From positions 32,240,001 to 32,304,000 of the forward strand of contig CM069134.1 in NCBI GenBank assembly GCA_035221665.1: a stretch of DNA of 64,000 bases, written 5' to 3'. Of this stretch, positions 50,463 through 63,014 are shown piece by piece; positions within the stretch are counted from its first letter, which is position 1, and each line of letters begins with the position of its first letter. A program made the translations under genes and the position numbers. Under the pieces are notes generated by a model. The model saw nothing but the letters and a program-made list of their open reading frames with translations, made no database searches and was not told the origin of the DNA. This DNA comes from Okamejei kenojei (lineage: Eukaryota).

Positions 50463-50882
50463 CAGGGGTCGGCGACCTACGGCCCACGGGCCGGATCCGG
50501 CCCGTAACCCGAAATCATCCGGCCCGCAGGCGGTGTTTTTTCCAATTAATTTTCGCGACCTGGGAACTGCAGCCAGTCCCGGGGACGCGAGGGATCTGGG
50601 AACTGCAGAAAACTAATTTAAAAACACGTGAAAACTAATGCGAAAAACAACACCGTGTCACATTACTATGTATTATTAGTATGTATTATTACTAATTTAT
50701 GTATTATTAGTATGTATTATTACTAATTTATGTATTATTAGTATGTATTATTACTAATTACTAATTAAGTTAGTATATATTATTATTACCTCCATTTATT
50801 AATTATGGCGCTAGATATGGCCCGCCATCCGCTCACAGACATGGGTCCTGGCCCCTATGCAGAACAAGGTTGCCTACCCCTG
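50463..50882. mobile_element. hAT/Charlie-like MITE
   Basis: TIR CAGGGGTCGGCGACCT / AGGTTGCCTACCCCTG; perfect 8-bp TSD TAATAAAG (50455-50462, 50883-50890); internal 31-bp AT-rich tandem repeat, about 3 copies. Confidence 0.9.
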
Positions 50883-52102
50883 TAATAAAGAAACCATTGC
50901 TTGAATAGACACAAAATACTGGAGTAACTCAACAGGACAGGCAGCATATCTGGATGGGTGACGTTTCAGGTCGAGACCCTTCTTCAGACAGAGAGTCGGG
51001 TGAGAGGGAGACACAGAGATAAAGATTACAAGATGTGAAAACGAGACATTCAAGGGGATGAAGTTCAAGGAAAATGTAGAATATATAATCGTTAGCGAAG
51101 GAAAGGTGACAACGAAGTATAAATGTAATTAAGGCGACAGTCAGACCAGTCTGTGGGATTGATAGTTCTCTCTCCAGTCTGACTGTCCCCTTGATTACAT
51201 TTTTATCTTTGTATGCTTTGTTGTCACCTTCACCTAACTAACAATGAGCTATGACCTGTATTCTTCAGCTACGTCTAAAGAAGGGCCTTGAACCGAAACG
51301 TCACCCATTCCTTCTCTCCAGAGATGCTGCCTGTCCCCGCTGAGTTACTCCAGCATTTTGTGTCTATCTTCAATGTAAACCAGTATCTGCAGTTCCTACC
51401 TACACATTGGTTGAATAGATATGGTGGGCCTAAAGGACTATTTCTGTGCTATACAACTCCAAGACTGCATGTTAATATTCCAGGGTGAATTAATAAACTT
51501 GAATTTGACAGCTTATAGAATAACAATATTTCCCAAGGGGTTCGATAACACAATCAATTTTTATTGAATGGGAAACTTCATTAACGGTGGAGTATGTATG
51601 TACTTCGTTGCCAATTCCAATCTTATATGATTCTCCATTTAATCTGGTTTCCCCGAGCTCTGCACATGCAGCCGATGAACGGTGAATCCATTCAGGACAT
51701 TTCCTTTTTATTTCCCTCCCCGAGGAGCAGCATGTTCCATTTCACGGCGAAGGGTCCGTGGTGATATTTTGCAAAAATGTAAAATGCAATGAAACAACAG
51801 AAAATTCAGATCCGTCCGAGAAACTGCGGGCATCGGGTATTTTAAAAATGAGAATTAAAAAAGGCGTTTAGTTTTTTTTTGCATTACCATCAGTAATCAT
51901 TTCTGGGTCTGTAGTAAATTGGTAGAGGAGCAGACGCTGAGGAGCTTTGCAGCACCAGTGAACAGATTTCAGTTGCAGCCGCGCCGTGCTGGAAGGTAGC
52001 TGGGAGTTTGGCTTCAGAGGCAAGAACGGAGTCAGAGCTCCTGCCAGCTCACAAGCTGGGATATTGCTGGAGCGCGATCGCATTCAAGTGCGCACTCGAA
52101 GA

Positions 52103-52287
52103 ATGGAAAATGCAAACAGAGGCACAAAATGGTGTTCCTTGCTCCTGTGGATTATATACCTCTTGCTCCTGACAGAAGCGAAGAAAGCGGTGAAGTGCCC
52201 CGCGGGATGCACTTGTTCGAAGGACAATGCTTTGTGTGAAAATAGAAAATCCATTCCTCACAGTTTCCCGCCTGGCGTAGTTTCATT
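52103..52287 (+). CDS. LGI1: LGI1-like (leucine-rich glioma-inactivated family) coding exon 1: signal peptide plus LRRNT; orthology to LGI1 uncertain
   Basis: [62 protein letters not shown] resembles LGI1 [44 protein letters not shown]; donor gtaagt at 52288. Confidence 0.85.
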
Positions 52288-52599
52288 GTAAGTACTGTCT
52301 CAGTGGTGTGAAATGTGATTGTTATTTAACAGTAATGGAAACGCCTTGAGATGCTCGTTATATAAATGGTGCATTGTCACTGTCGGGCAGGAAAGGGATA
52401 CTTAGATACAACCATCTCTACCTATGTTAGTTACATCTTTGTCAAGCACCGGCTAAAAATAGACTATTGCGATTACAGATATACAACTGACAGATAATTA
52501 GATACAGTAGTCAAAAGGAAATGCGTCCATTTGTCAACATTGCCTATCGATTGAAGCACTGATCATTCTTGTGTCTTAACGGATTTAATTTATTTACAG

Positions 52600-52671
52600 A
52601 TCATTTGTGAAGTCTGGTTTCAGCGAAATCCCAGAAGGCAGCTTCTTAACCCTGCCGGCTCTGCAGCTTCT
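52600..52671 (+). CDS. LGI1: LGI1-like coding exon 2 (72-nt LRR exon)
   Basis: Acceptor tatttacag, donor gtaaga, phase 2-2; SFVKSGFSEIPEGSFLTLPALQLL versus LGI1 [24 protein letters not shown]. No exon 3 was found before 64000. Confidence 0.9.
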
Positions 52672-53763
52672 GTAAGATTATTTCAGTGTTTATTCGCGTG
52701 GGCAACGGTGTCTTTTTTTGGTAACACAATTTCACTTCATATTTCATTGCCGAGAAGCGACACTGTTTTCGACCGTGATTATTGCAGCAGGCATTGTTTA
52801 TATTTAGATTTGCAATCAACAAGTTAGATTTAAATCACAACACAATTGCAACAAATCGCAACGAGATTAAAAATAATAATAATAATCCATGGTTCTACCA
52901 AAACTCCAACGCAGCGGGCGTAATTTGCCTTATTATTGCCAAATGATGATTTAATTATTCAAGATTTAAAATATCAATCATTTTTTATTATTTACACTGG
53001 GTGTTGTAACAACAGACGGTTGGACGTGGAAATGCGTTTTTGCAATAATTTTAGGAAAAATAATTAAGGATTTAAAAAGCCGCATCCAAACTCGAGAAGG
53101 GAATCGCATATCCTTGGCACCTCAACCCTATAAGGACTGCAGTGGGATCGACTGCAGTAAAATGTGTAATGGGGGCAAGATTAAATTTTGTTTAAAATTA
53201 CGGCCACAATGCTTTACATTCCTTGCCGGGGAAGACGAGCAAAAACAAAAACATTGTAAACATTGGAATTACTTTACATGCGCTGTGTCGGGCCCAAGAC
53301 ATGTCAGGTAGCAGTTTTAAATAGACTTGTGCGTTGCAGTGTTTTGCGACATTATTTAGAAATTATCCCGCAAAAAACGTTCCCAGGAAAGCTTTAAGCA
53401 TTACTTGAAACCTCAGAGCGCACAAGGGTCTTGCCCAAAGACCTATGATCTTTGGTCTTGCTCGTAGTCAGAATAGTTCTCAAGGTAACTACAGATAGCA
53501 TCGTTTCATTGCTGTGGAAATGGTACAGAGTTATATTTATGTGGAATCAGCGTGTACCAGAGTTGTAGACACCATACAAAACGGAAAGTTCTGCCCAATT
53601 CGTCCATACCAACTAAGATGCCCCATTTAAGCTAGCCCAATTTGCCCACCCATCTATCCCTCTCAATCTTTCCTATCCATATACCTGTCTTTTAAATATT
53701 GTTATGGTATCTGTCTGAACTACCTCCCAGGGCACCTCGTTCCATATACCCACCACTCCCTAT

Positions 53764-54313
53764 AAGCGAGTTCGGTTTTCCGACTGCGCATGCCCAGGTC
53801 AAAGGTCGCTCGCGATAAATATTCTCTGCACCTGTGCTGCTGCATGTATACAGACCTGCGTTTCATCCGTAGTCAGGATTGAACCTGGGTCTCCGGCGCT
53901 GGACCGTCCCCGTCCCCTCACGAATGTCCCATCCCTGTCCGGGGGAGGTCGGGGATGTCTGAGGTGACCCTGGACTGACGGGAAACCGGCCCGGAGGTGT
54001 GGCGGCCCAGGCTTACAGCCAGTGTGGAGAAGAAGCGCTAACTCCACTGCTCCGGGCCAGTGTCCCGTCACTCCAGGGTCACCCCAGACATCTTCGGCCA
54101 CCCCCGAACAGGGATGGGACACTCGGGAGGGACGGGAATGGTCCAGTAGCAATTCAACAGCGCTTGCAGCGCCAGAGACCCTGGTTCGATGCTGACTACG
54201 GATGAAACACAGGTCTGTATACATGCAGCAGCTCAGCTGCCGAGAATGTTTATCATGAGAGGAATAAGTGAATCCCATGATTCCTTGCATTTTTCGTAAT
54301 ACCAAACTCGCTT
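53764..54313. mobile_element. Foldback (palindromic) MITE-like element
   Basis: Termini AAGCGAGTTCGGTTTTCCGA / TCGTAATACCAAACTCGCTT; inner inverted arms of about 190 bp; inserted in a LINE tail at ccctat^taaatc. The exact TSD is ambiguous. Confidence 0.8.
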
Positions 54314-55292
54314 ATTAAATCTTGCCCCTCTCACGTTAAACATGTCCTCTTGCTTTTGATTCCCCTACCCTGGGTAAAAGGGTGTGCATTCACCCGATCT
54401 ATTTATCTCATGATCGTTTACGCCTCTGTAAGATCTACTCGCAGCCTCAGGCGCGCCAAGGAATAAAGTCCTAGCCTGCCCAACCTTTCCCAATAGTCCT
54501 GGCCCTCGAGTCCTGGCAACTATCCTAGTATTTTACAGCCAGCACACAAAATACCTTTGAAATGTGATCACTTTTGGAAAGAAAAAAGGATATAGACCTG
54601 CTAATTTTCCCATAGAGAGGAGTAATAGTAATACCGCTTGGAAACAGGCACCTCGGCCCAACATGCCCACATCGACCAACAGGCCTCATCTACACTAGTA
54701 CCACCTGCCTGAGCTTGGCCCATTTCCCTCTAAACCTTTCCTATCCATGTGCCTGTCTTTTAAATGCTGCTATAGTACCTGCCTCAACTACCTCCTCTGG
54801 CAGCTTGTTCCATACACCCATCACCCTTTGTGTAAAAAAAGTTGCCCCTCAGGTTCCTATTAAATCTTTCCCCGTCACCTTAAACCTATGTCCTCTAAAT
54901 TTTGATTCCGCTGCTCTGGGTAAAAGATTCTGTGCATTTACTTATTCCTCTCATGATCAAATACACCTCGATAAGATCACCACTCATCACCCTGCACTCC
55001 AAGGAATAAATTCATAGCCTGCTCAACCTCTCCCTAACTGCTCAGGCCTCGTGTCCTGGCAATATCCTCGTAAATTTTCTCTGCACGCTTTCCAGCTTAA
55101 CAACATCTTTCCTATAGCAGGCTGACCAAAACTGAACACTACTCTGAACCTCCTCTCTTCAGAGCCTGAAGAAGGGTCCCGACCCGATACATTGCCTATC
55201 CTTGTGGATGGCATGATTGTAATCATATATAGTCTTTTCACTGACTGACTAGCAGGCAACAAAAAAGCGTCTCACTCTAGGGCGCTGTACAG

Positions 55293-55592
55293 GCTGGTAC
55301 AGTGGTGCAGTGGTAGATTTGCTGCCTTACACTGCCAGAGTCCCTGTTTCGATTCTAACTGTGGGTGCTGTCTGTTCAGAGTTTGTATGCTCTCCTTGTG
55401 GCCGCATGGGTTTTCCCCGAGTGCTCCGGGTTTCTTCCACATTCCAAAGACGCACAGGTTTGTAGGTTAATTGGCTGCGGTAAAATTGTAAAGTGACCCT
55501 AGTGTGTGTAGGATAGTGTTGGTGCATGGGGTGATCGCTGGTTGGCGAGGGCTGAAGGGCCTAGTTCCACGTTGTATCTCTAAAGTCTAAAG
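55293..55592 (+). mobile_element. tRNA-derived V-SINE
   Basis: Same consensus. Confidence 0.85.
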
Positions 55593-56059
55593 TGTATCTC
55601 AGTACACGTGACAATAATAAACTAAACTTCTCCAGAGATGCTGCTTGACCTGCTGAGTTACTCCGGCACTTTGTGTATTTTTCTTCTAAACCAGCATCTG
55701 CAATTTCTTGTTTCAACGCTCTCCATATATATTATTAAATCCAGGATACACTATCTGGCAGGGCATGATCAGAAGCATTAAGTTCTCATACACTGTGCCC
55801 CACTTAGAGCCCTTGATGATCCCCAGTTGCTGAAGGAACAACCTCCACAGAAAGTAGAGCACAGAGAACCAGTGATGCAGCAGCATGAATGGGTGAACAA
55901 CCGCAATGAAGATTATGGACAGCCTGCCTCATTACAGACAGGAGGCTTGCGAGCAGTCTCATCATTTAAATTGCTAGCTGCTCATATTTTCAGCAGAGCA
56001 CATGCTTAAGATTTCAGTATTTGGAAAAAAAGTGTGCTAAGGACATCAGCTTGCACCAT

Positions 56060-56455
56060 TCAAATATGAGACGTATGAGGGGAAACCTCATTGAAACCTA
56101 CCGGATAATAAAACACCTACATAGAGTGGTATGGAGAGGATGTTTCTAATAATGGAGAGTCTAGGACCAGCGGGAACAGCCTCAGAATAAAAGGGCATAT
56201 TTTTAGGAAGGAGTTGAGGAGGAATTTCTTTAGTCGGAGGGTGGTGAATCTGTGGAATTCATTGCCACGGGCGGCTGTGGAGGCCAAGACATTGGGTATT
56301 TTCAAGGTGGAGATTGATTGGCTCTTGATTCAGTAAGGGTGGCTAAGGCTATGAGGAGTAGACAGAAGAATGGGGTTATGAGGGAAAAATAGATCGAATG
56401 GCAGAGCAGGGCTCGATGGGACGAATGGCCTAATTCTGCTCCTATGTCTTATGAC
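56060..56455 (+). mobile_element. CR1 LINE 3' fragment
   Basis: Degraded RG.LIETY and RRNFFSRRVVNLWNSLP coding remnants plus 3' UTR. Confidence 0.8.
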
Positions 56456-56724
56456 AAACACACTGTGAAAGTGCCGATGAGGTAATTGTTACCCAATACT
56501 CTCCAGTGACGGATACTCTTTTACCAAATTAAAGTCTTTAGGTATTTGTCCTGTGGATATTTCTTTTTTGTTCCCTCTTATTTCTGTAATACAGTTTACA
56601 TTTCAGTCGTGAGGTTAGGCCAGGGACGTTGAGGCAGTTTCTCCTTGGAGTAAAGGTTTGGAGGAGATTTAACAGAGATTCACAAGGATCTTACTGGGAC
56701 TTGCTGACTTGTGTTATAGAGCGA

Positions 56725-57012
56725 GTTTAGAGTTTAAAGAGACAGCAGGCCCTTCGGGGCACGGAGTCCACGCTGACCAGCAATTCCTGCACACTAGCAA
56801 TATCCTACACACTAGGGACAATTTACAACCTTAATGAAGCCAATGACCCCAACAAAACCTGTACGTCTTTGGAGTGTGGGAGGAAACTGGAGCACCCAGA
56901 GAAAACCCATGCGGTCATGGGGAGAACGTACAAACTCCACACAGACAGCACCTTTAGTCAGGATCGAACCAGAGTCTCTGCCGCTGTAAGGCAGCAACTC
57001 TACCACCGTGCA
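56725..57012 (-). mobile_element. tRNA-derived V-SINE
   Basis: Reverse complement of the consensus; another copy at about 57475-57750. Confidence 0.85.
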
Positions 57013-59079
57013 CTGAGAGTAATTTCACGGGCTAAAGGCATGTGAAGGGAATAGAACTTATAGGATTGTTCCACTAAGGGGTAGCAGTATGTCAGTGGGC
57101 AGAATGGTCTCTTTCTCTGTCTTAATAATTCTATGATTCTGCAGTAAAGTGTGCTGGAAAGGTAATTCAGTGAGCCTTTCACATATCTATTGGAATTGCT
57201 TTCACCCTTGCTAAAGGAAATGTCTTGAATTTCCTCCAATATGTGGAAAGGTCCTGACTTGAAACATTATCTATCCATGTCCTTCAGAGATGCAGCCTGA
57301 CCCGCCGAGTTACTCTATCACTTTGTGTTTTATTCAAGATTCCAGCACCTGCAGTTTCCTGTGTCTCTTTTGAATTCCTTATGTGTCTTTCACGATATCA
57401 GGATTTCCAAATTGTTTTACAAAAGGGTTCAGTTTAATATCCCTGGAAAGAACCTCCTACATTCCAGATCCCTTCAGAGATACAGCTCGGAAACAGGCCC
57501 TTCCGCCCACTGAATCTGCATCGACCAGCGATCACCTCGTACACTAGAACTATCCTACACACACTAGGGACAATTTACAATTTACAGAAGCCAATTAACC
57601 TACAAACCGTTAGGATGTGGGAGGAAACCGGAACACCCAGGGAAAACCCACATGGTCACAGGGGGAACGGAGAAACTCTGTGCAGACGGCGACCAAAGTC
57701 AGGATCGAACCCAGGTCTCTGGTGCTATAAGATAGCGTCACCGTGCCACCCAAAGTTACAATTGTAATGGAGAGACATCCTAGATGTTTGTATTGAAGGA
57801 CGGCTAAGTATATGCTTGAACCTTCTAAACTGATCTTTTGCATTTGTACAGTTGTTTACAAAAATAATATTCTCCTAGTATAGGATTCTTGGAGCCATTA
57901 CTGAAAGCTGCCAAAATTTGTAGAATTGGCAAATCAGACAGCAAAATATCATCCCTGCTGGAGGTTTGAGCTAAAAATAGAAAGTTCTGGGAACTCAGCA
58001 GCAACTGATACTGTGGTTGTGAACTATGTGAAGATCTGTGCTTGACTGGAATTTAAATTAGATTTAAACCATGTTTAAAACAGCTTGTGGGATGAACTTC
58101 AATAAACTGCAGCTGACTAAAGTCATAGGCTCATAGTCTACTTCACCGTTCAATCATGGCTGATCTATCTCTCCCTCTCAAACCCATTCTCCTGTCTTCT
58201 CACCATAACCCTTGACACCCTTACTAATCAAGAATCTGTCAATCTCCACCTTAATAAATACCCGTGGTGCACATAGTTACAGGGAAAATAACAGTAATAA
58301 TTGCGATAACTTGCAAAAGTCAATATTTGATTTGGGACAGAGGAGTTCAAACAATATCAATGTTTTTTAATCTGCTGATAATGACGTAGACATAGTCATG
58401 GAGTTACCTAGCATGGAAACTGATCCTTCGGCCCAACTTCTCCAGACGAACCGAGATACCCCATCTACACTAGTCCCATTTGTCCACGTTTGGTCCATAT
58501 CCCTCTAAACCTTTCCTATCCATATACCTGTCCAAATGTATTTTAAATGTTGTTATTCTTCTCTGCACTCTTTTCAGCTTAATGACATCCTTCCTGCAAC
58601 AGTGTCACCTAAACTAAACACAATACTCCAAATGCAGCCTCACCAATGTCTTGTATAACTGTAACTTTAGAAAGGAGATGAGGAAGAATTTAGAAGGTGG
58701 TGAATCTGTGGAATTCATTACCACAGAAGGCTGTGGAAGTCAAATCAAAATATATATTTTTTAAGACAGAGATTGACAGATTCTTGAATAGTAAGGGTGT
58801 CAGGGGTTATGGGAAGAAAGCTGGAGAATGGGGTTTAGAGGGAAAAATACAGTAGATCAGCCATGATTGAATGACGGAGTAGACTTGATGGACCGAATGG
58901 CATAATTATATGAACTTATAAACATTACGTCCAAACTTTTCTACTCAATACCCTGACTGATGCAAACTAATATACCTTCTTGACCACCCTATTTACCTGA
59001 GACGCCCCTTTCAAGGAGCTGTATACCTCTGCTCCTAGACACATGGCTCCCGATGAGAATCAGCCCCAGTCTCTCAGCT

Positions 59080-59460
59080 GTCATATAAAATTATAAAAGG
59101 ACTGGACAAGCTAGATGCAGGAAAAATGTTCTCAATGTGGGGCGAGTCCAGAACCAGGAGCCACAGTCTTAGAATTCAGGGGAGGTCATTTAAGACTGAG
59201 GTGAGAAAAAAAGTTTTCACCCAGAGAGTTGTGAATTTATGGAATTCCCTGCTACAAAGGGCAGTGGAGGCCAAATCACTGGATGGATTTAAGAGAGAGT
59301 TAGATAGAGCTCTAGGGGTTAGTGGAGTCAAGGGATATGGGGAGAAGGTAGGCACGGGTTATTTTTATCAGCCATGATCACAATGAATGGCGGTGCTGGC
59401 TCGAAGGGCCAAATGGCCTCCTCCTGCAGCTATTTTCTATGTTTCTACATTTCTATGTCA
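59080..59460 (+). mobile_element. CR1 LINE 3' fragment
   Basis: SRTRSHSLRI..RSFKTEVRK..FTQRVVNLWNSL plus 3' tail. Confidence 0.85.
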
Positions 59461-59659
59461 TTCTCCAGTTGGGGCTGGGGATGAGAAGGGGCTGCAATCA
59501 GCACGAGGGTCGCGAAAGTGGGGTGTCTTACTCCCTCACATACCCATTGACCTTCAACCTCAGGGTGGCTGACTCCTTGAAATCTCCGCAGAGATTTACT
59601 ATGCTCACCATTTCCCTGTTTTCTTATTGGCACTTAACCTAGCGCCAGACAAGTTGATT

Positions 59660-60340
59660 CCTGTGTGTGTGTGAAGAGAGGGAAAAAATATATGTGATCG
59701 TGTGTACGAGGGAGAACTAGTCTGTCTATGTGAAGGTGAGAGAGACCGCGCGTGTGTGTGGATCGGCATGTGAAAAATAAAGTGTATCTGATTGTGTGAG
59801 GGTCAAAAGGAGTGCACATGTATGTGTGTGATAGAGAGAGAGGTAGAGTCTTTGTGTGAGAGGGTGAGTGTGAAAGAGGGAGAGGGATTCTGTGAGTGTG
59901 TGAGAGAGAGAGAGGGAGAGACTGGGAGAGGGAGTCTATGGGTGTGTGTGAAAGAGAGGGAGAGTGTCTGTGTGGGTGTGTGCATGTGAGAGAGACGGAG
60001 AGAGTGTGAAAAATGGAGAGAAAGTATCTGTGGGTGTTTGTGTATGTGTGAAAGAGAGGGCGAGGGACAATGAAAGGGTGTTCTGTGTTGGCGTGAGTGT
60101 GTGTGAGGGAGAGAGTCCATGTATGAGTGAGAGAAAGTTTGTGTGAGAGAGAGAAGAGAGTATGTATGTGTGTGGGGAAGAGGGTCATAGAGTCAGTATG
60201 TGTGTGGGAGAGAGGGGGAATTTGTGTGTGAATGAGTCTGAGTGTGTGTGAGAGAGTGTATGTGTGAGAGAGAGGGAGAGATTTTGTGTGTGTGAGAGAA
60301 AGATTGTGTGTGTGCATGCATGTGTGTGAGAGAGACAGGC
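59660..60340. repeat. Degenerate (GT)n/(GA)n low-complexity tract
   Basis: Mixed TG/AG dinucleotide repeats. Confidence 0.9.
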
Positions 60341-61261
60341 AGTAATCATAATGAGAGATTGCTGTCAGATCTACATGATTGCTGGCATGAAGCAGGGTCA
60401 CCACTGATCTACTTAATGATGTCTGTGTACTGATTCACTCCCTAATGCTCTGTGAGGAGATGGGCAGAAAATGGGGAGTCTCCCCCTCGGTGGAACGCAG
60501 CTGGCTTTGACTTTAAAATAAAATGTTTACAAATTTCTAAAAGTTTTTTTTTTTAATTTCCTGGTCTTCTGGCAGTTCCAAGTGGAACTTATTCACATGT
60601 TGTTAAGTTGGCAAGGATGCAGAGTAGAATTACGAGGATGTTGCCGGGACTCAAGGAACTGAGCAAAAGGGAGGGGTTGTGCTGGCTAGGATTTTGGAGG
60701 TTGTGGGATGAGGTGTATAACCTTGTGTGATAGAAAATCATGTTTTTAAGAAAAACAGGACTGGAGCTAGAGATTTTCAGACTCAATAACAAAGTTATTT
60801 TACTTGCAGGATTAAAAAAAAATAAAGATTTTTTTTTTGCAATATTTAATTTTGTTACTGCAAACTCAAAATATTAAAGGGTGCATGTTACAATAGGGTA
60901 TCTTGTACGTGTCAATAGAAGCGATTGCACGTCAATTTCAATTCCCACCATCAGATAAAATTGACAGCAGTGTTCGTAAAAGGCAATGGTGCCTGTTACT
61001 GCGGGGAGGTTACATATACTGTTTAAATTCCAAGACAGCTATTTTTCCTGTTTGCCAATTTCCAAAGGATCGTGTAAGTGGTTCTCTACTTCTCAATCAA
61101 AATCACATTATAACCAATTTAGCCTATAATGATCCCAGGTTCATTGATTGCCTTATAGCCAAGTCGTGTTATGGAAACACCTGTTATAGCAGAACTACAT
61201 TACTCCTGATTTTGAATGCTTGGCTAACTTGGCACTCAGCCGGAATTAAGCATAGGACTGT

Positions 61262-61583
61262 TTACGAGAGGCATAGATAGAGTAGATAGTCAGAACCTTT
61301 TCCCCTGAATGGAAATATCAAATATTAGAGGGCATGGCTTTAAAGTGAGGGGCAAAGTATAAAGGAGATGCATGGAGCAATCTTTTTACACAGAGGGTGG
61401 TGAGTGCCTGGAATGCTTTGCCAGGGTTGGTGGTGGAGGCAGATACAATAGTGGTATTTAAAAGATTTCTGGATAGGCACATGGATATACAGGGAATGAA
61501 AGGATATGGATAATGTGCATGTAGATAAAGAGATAATCTTGACATCATGTCCAGCGCAGACATTGTGGGCCGAAGGCCTGTTT
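61262..61583 (+). mobile_element. CR1 LINE 3' fragment, target of the DIRS insertion
   Basis: agagggcatggctttaaagtgag...tttacacagagggtggtgagtgcctggaatg...gggccgaaggcctgttt, then an abrupt switch to DIRS sequence. Confidence 0.8.
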
Positions 61584-61790
61584 TACTTCGGAGTCACGTG
61601 AGTGACTACGTGAAGACCCCGCCAGCACGCATGCGCGACATATCGTCGAATGCATTGCGGAAGCGACAGTCGGGAGGAGCGTCGCTCCTCCAGCGTAAGT
61701 TTAAAAAACAAGCGGAGGTAAGTACTTACCATTCTGGTAGAGTTCATGACGACTCTGTGTGGTGTGTTTTTACAGGGAAAGAACAGCACC

Positions 61791-63014
61791 ATGGAGTCCA
61801 GGAAATCACGGAGAGCAGCGGCAAAAATCACTGCTGTGGAAAGCAGCCAGCAGCGTGCCGACTCTCCAGAGCTGCAGGTACTTCCAGCAGCCCCCGACTT
61901 CTCGCCGCAACAGACCGCAGGTGCGCCGCGGTCCGCCGGCAAAACCACCCGGAAGTCGGACAGGTCCGTTGACTCGGCTGGGTCCGGACCTGAGGACACC
62001 CCGTTCGCTGATAGCGACGGCGGCCGTCTTACCCGCATGGAGCGGATGGTGGAGCAATTGCTCCAGCGTGACCTGCTTTTGCAGGGGCAGAGTCACAATG
62101 GGTCTCTTTGCAGACCCACGGCAGCATCCTATCAAGGACTGCCAAATGTCTCACCCTCTTCGCAGGGGAGCATTAGGGGTCAGAGCTGGGCTGACCCTGA
62201 AGAAGGGGACATGGCTGAAGACTCACCTGTGTCAGGGGTGCCGCAAGAAAAATTATTGGGTATGGTCAACAAATTCGCTATGCCTACCCAAAAAGGGCTG
62301 CCATTGCATCCTAAGCTGGCAGCCAGTATAAATTACATGGCAACAAACCAGCTGCAGGAACAAGCAATTAACAATATGGCAGATAAATACCTTGCGCCAG
62401 AGAATTGTATTTCTCTTAATGTGCCCGCTGTCAACAACCCCATTTGGGGCAACATGGGCCCAACCATAAGGAGCCAGGAGGTGAAACTCCAAAGAATCCT
62501 CAAGCTACTGGCTGCTGGGATGACAGCAGTAGCCAGAGCAGTTGATGGGGTTGAGATGCCTGAAGAGCTGCAAGACGCTCTAGCACTCCTGTGCAATACA
62601 CTATTTGAAATTAACAGCTACAGGAAGAGCATCATAAAGCCTGCACTCAATCCCAAATTTGCGGGATTATGCAGGCCCAGCAGTGCACAGCCGCCAACAT
62701 TGCTGTTTGGGGACAACCTACCTAAGCAGGTTAAAGACCTGGATGAGGAGGCCAAGGCAATCGGCATGATTAAGGTGCCGAACACCTCCAAAACCCCATA
62801 TCAGCGGCGGCAGCAATCCTACACATCCACCAGGCACCGTTACAACGAGAGACCATCTGGTGATGAAAGCTCAAAGGCCGGCCCACCTGCACAACGGTCT
62901 TTTTTAGACAATGGCCCAGCCCGGTCTTCTTGGAAAATGCGCCATCCACACACCGCAGCAACACAACAGAACAAGAAGCAAGGACAGAGACAACCAACAC
63001 AGCACCGCCGGTAA
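61791..63014 (+). CDS. DIRS ORF1 (gag-like), uninterrupted
   Basis: The open frame runs 61746-63014, with a strong Kozak cACCATGG at 61791. Motifs KYLAPENC..L.VP.VN..IW and LLFGDNL are like DIRS ORF1 proteins. Confidence 0.7.
   Translation: MESRKSRRAAAKITAVESSQQRADSPELQVLPAAPDFSPQQTAGAPRSAGKTTRKSDRSVDSAGSGPEDTPFADSDGGRLTRMERMVEQLLQRDLLLQGQSHNGSLCRPTAASYQGLPNVSPSSQGSIRGQSWADPEEGDMAEDSPVSGVPQEKLLGMVNKFAMPTQKGLPLHPKLAASINYMATNQLQEQAINNMADKYLAPENCISLNVPAVNNPIWGNMGPTIRSQEVKLQRILKLLAAGMTAVARAVDGVEMPEELQDALALLCNTLFEINSYRKSIIKPALNPKFAGLCRPSSAQPPTLLFGDNLPKQVKDLDEEAKAIGMIKVPNTSKTPYQRRQQSYTSTRHRYNERPSGDESSKAGPPAQRSFLDNGPARSSWKMRHPHTAATQQNKKQGQRQPTQHRR

Noticed and set aside
50665-50765. Regular 31-bp repeat array
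   Set aside because: No unique spacers and a eukaryotic context; it is a minisatellite inside a hAT MITE, not CRISPR.
59634-60404. 256-aa His/Thr/Leu/Ser-rich ORF
   Set aside because: Translation of a dinucleotide low-complexity tract.
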